Positions 61,938 through 64,000 of a stretch of 64,000 bases of DNA are shown piece after piece. The stretch is taken from NCBI GenBank assembly GCA_965219955.1, contig OZ244799.1, positions 1,280,001 through 1,344,000 on the forward strand. The letters run 5' to 3'. A model generated the notes under the pieces. It had not been told where the DNA came from and made no database searches. It saw only the letters and a list, made by a program, of their open reading frames with translations. The DNA comes from a bacterium. Lineage in GTDB: Bacteria; UBA8248. The stretch's first letter is position 1; each line of letters opens with the position of its first letter. The translations under genes were made by a program, and so were the position numbers.

Positions 61938-63305
61938 TTATGGCCTTGCTCGTCCACTTCGTCTTCGGGGTGTGCTCGCCCCTCTCTGGCGGAAACTCAC
62001 CCGAAGCGGCGTACCCTCGAAATCAAACCGCTCCCTCAACCTGTTTTCCACGTACCTCCCGTATTGCTGCACGGGGATCTGGCTCGCGAGACTCGCGAAG
62101 AGGATGACATGAGGCGGAGCAACGCCGCTCTGCGTGGCGTAATACACCTTGGGACGCCGCCCTCCCGTGACGGTGGGCGGAGGATGCGCCTGAACGATTT
62201 CCGATATCGCGCGATTCAACTGCCCGGTGGGAACGCGCCTGAGATGGGACTCATGGAGCTTCTCCACCACGTCGAACACACGCTCGCACCTTTGCCCCGT
62301 CAGAGCGGAGACCGAAAGAACCGGCGCGAAGTGGATGTGGACCAGCTTGTCCCTGATCTCTCGTACTTTCTCGTCAAACGTTTTGCTCTCCTTCGCCAGG
62401 AGATCCCATTTATTCAACAATATCGCGCAGGCGCGGCCGGATTCCTTGATGTGGCGGGCAATCTGCGCATCCATCGTCTTCGGGCCTTGCGTGGCGTCGA
62501 TGAGAAGCAAAGCAATCTGGGAGCGCTCGATACTGCGATAGGCCATAATCATGCTCACCGCCTCCACCTGGCGCTTGCCGATTTTCCCTCTTCTCCTGAT
62601 GCCCGCCGTATCCACGAGACGATACCGCTTCTCCTCTCTTACGCACAGGGAATCCACCGGGTCCCGCGTCGTCCCCGGCACGGGACTCACCAGAGTCCGC
62701 TCACTTCCCAGAATCTGATTCACAAAAGAGGATTTCCCCACATTCGGACGGCCAACGACGGCGATACGACGCTCATCCGCATCTTCGGCTTCCTCGTCCC
62801 CGGCTTCATGCGAAGCAATGCGTATCGCCTCATCCATCACATCGGATACGCCCGAGCCATGCTCCGCCGAAACGAGCCAAACCTCCCCAAGACCCAGTTG
62901 GTAAAAATCCCATTCCGTCTCACGCGTGCGCTTGGAATCCGATTTGTTCACAATGAGCAAAACCGGTTTCTCCGAGACGCGGACCATTTGCGCAACTTCG
63001 AGGTCTCCGGGAAGAAGACCTTCGATGCCATCGACAAGAAATAAAACGACGTCGCTTTCCTCGATGGCGGCCGCCGCCTGCTCCTGGATTTTCGGCAGGA
63101 ACGGATCGCCTTCCGATGCCGCGATGCCGCCCGTATCGACGGCGAGAAACGTCCGGCCCTCCCATTCCCCCTCGCCGTAGCGCCTGTCCCGCGTCACACC
63201 CGGCTCCGCCTGCACAATCGCGTCCCGTCTGCCGATGAGACGATTGAAGAACGTGGATTTCCCCACATTCGGACGCCCTACGATTACGAATACGGGAGAA
63301 GGCAT
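61938..63305 (-). CDS. der: Ribosome biogenesis GTPase Der
   Basis: Two GRPNVGKS G-domains, DTGG/DTAG, NKSD/NKWD, KH-like tail. Confidence 0.97.
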   Translation of the reverse strand: MPSPVFVIVGRPNVGKSTFFNRLIGRRDAIVQAEPGVTRDRRYGEGEWEGRTFLAVDTGGIAASEGDPFLPKIQEQAAAAIEESDVVLFLVDGIEGLLPGDLEVAQMVRVSEKPVLLIVNKSDSKRTRETEWDFYQLGLGEVWLVSAEHGSGVSDVMDEAIRIASHEAGDEEAEDADERRIAVVGRPNVGKSSFVNQILGSERTLVSPVPGTTRDPVDSLCVREEKRYRLVDTAGIRRRGKIGKRQVEAVSMIMAYRSIERSQIALLLIDATQGPKTMDAQIARHIKESGRACAILLNKWDLLAKESKTFDEKVREIRDKLVHIHFAPVLSVSALTGQRCERVFDVVEKLHESHLRRVPTGQLNRAISEIVQAHPPPTVTGGRRPKVYYATQSGVAPPHVILFASLASQIPVQQYGRYVENRLRERFDFEGTPLRVSFRQRGASTPRRRSGRARP

Positions 63306-63332
63306 GGAGGCGTTTCCAGATGAATACGGGAT

Positions 63333-64000
63333 TCAGCGTCTCAGGGCTCTCTTGCCGGCTTTTCTGGAGCCGACGCCCACAAACTTCATAATACCTCTTG
63401 CAATTCCTTCCGCAAGCGCCTGGCGATACTTGGGGCTGCGCATCCGGCTCGCTTCCCGCCGGTTCGAGATGAATGCGACCTCGACCAGAATGCTCGGCAT
63501 CCGGGCGCCGAGCAGCACGTAGAACGGGCCACGCTTCACGCCCAGATCGCGGATGCCGCGATAGCCCGGCCGCAGACGTGAAAGCATCGCCTGCTGAACC
63601 CGCTGCGCCAACTGCTGAGACTCCGTAACCTTAGACCTCAATCCAAGGTCGTTCAGTATCTTTTGCAAATCGGTCATGCGCGCGAGCGTCGTCCCGCTTT
63701 CCCTGGCCGCCAACCTGAGCGCCCTGCCCGATGAAGCCTCGCTCAACAGATAGGTTTCGATTCCGTGTATGTGCCGTGACCTCGCGCTGTTCGCATGTAT
63801 CGACACAAAAATATCCGCGTCATGTTCATTGGCGAACGACGTCCTGTAGGCAAGAGAAATATATCTATCAGAAGTCCGGGTGAGATATATCCGGTTGCCG
63901 CGCCAGGCGCGCCTCAGCACCCGTCTGGTTCTAAGAGCGATGTCGAGAGCGACGCGTTTCTCTCTCAAGCCGGACAAGCCGACCGCGCCCGGATCCTTGC
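63333..64000 (-). CDS. N-acetylmuramoyl-L-alanine amidase (Amidase_3, AmiC-like), 5'-truncated by window edge
   Basis: KDPGA at window end, LREK, FVSIHANS, FYVL....PSILVEVAFISN. Confidence 0.93.
   Translation of the reverse strand, partial: KDPGAVGLSGLREKRVALDIALRTRRVLRRAWRGNRIYLTRTSDRYISLAYRTSFANEHDADIFVSIHANSARSRHIHGIETYLLSEASSGRALRLAARESGTTLARMTDLQKILNDLGLRSKVTESQQLAQRVQQAMLSRLRPGYRGIRDLGVKRGPFYVLLGARMPSILVEVAFISNRREASRMRSPKYRQALAEGIARGIMKFVGVGSRKAGKRALRR

Overview
Bacterial chromosomal window with about 55 CDS and three tRNA genes. Gene content looks Deltaproteobacteria- or Nitrospinota-like, but taxonomy cannot be fixed from sequence alone. Three zones are visible. (1) 1-24.6 kb is lower in GC and free of repeats: catabolic enzymes, M23-secA, an Fe(III) ABC operon led by a DtxR-type regulator, sugar/glycerate kinases and a Gld-type ABC operon. 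(2) 25-49 kb is GC-rich, and many intergenic spaces are filled with a nested mosaic of at least seven short palindromic repeat families. These include 190-230 bp MITE-like units with terminal inverted repeats and clean 5-bp target duplications that have inserted into other repeats. No transposase or RAYT is present in the window. (3) 49-64 kb holds oxidoreductases, bioB, rtcB and a minus-strand housekeeping run (amiC-like, der, EF-G paralogue, SPOR, MerR, TPR). A dif-like XerC/D site at 57010-57037 coincides with a flip in KOPS (GGGNAGGG) polarity, so the window probably spans the replication terminus. A degenerate, directly oriented second copy at 55682-55709 brackets rtcB alone, suggesting a one-gene Xer-integrated module. 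All protein calls are motif recognition by eye; no database searches were run.
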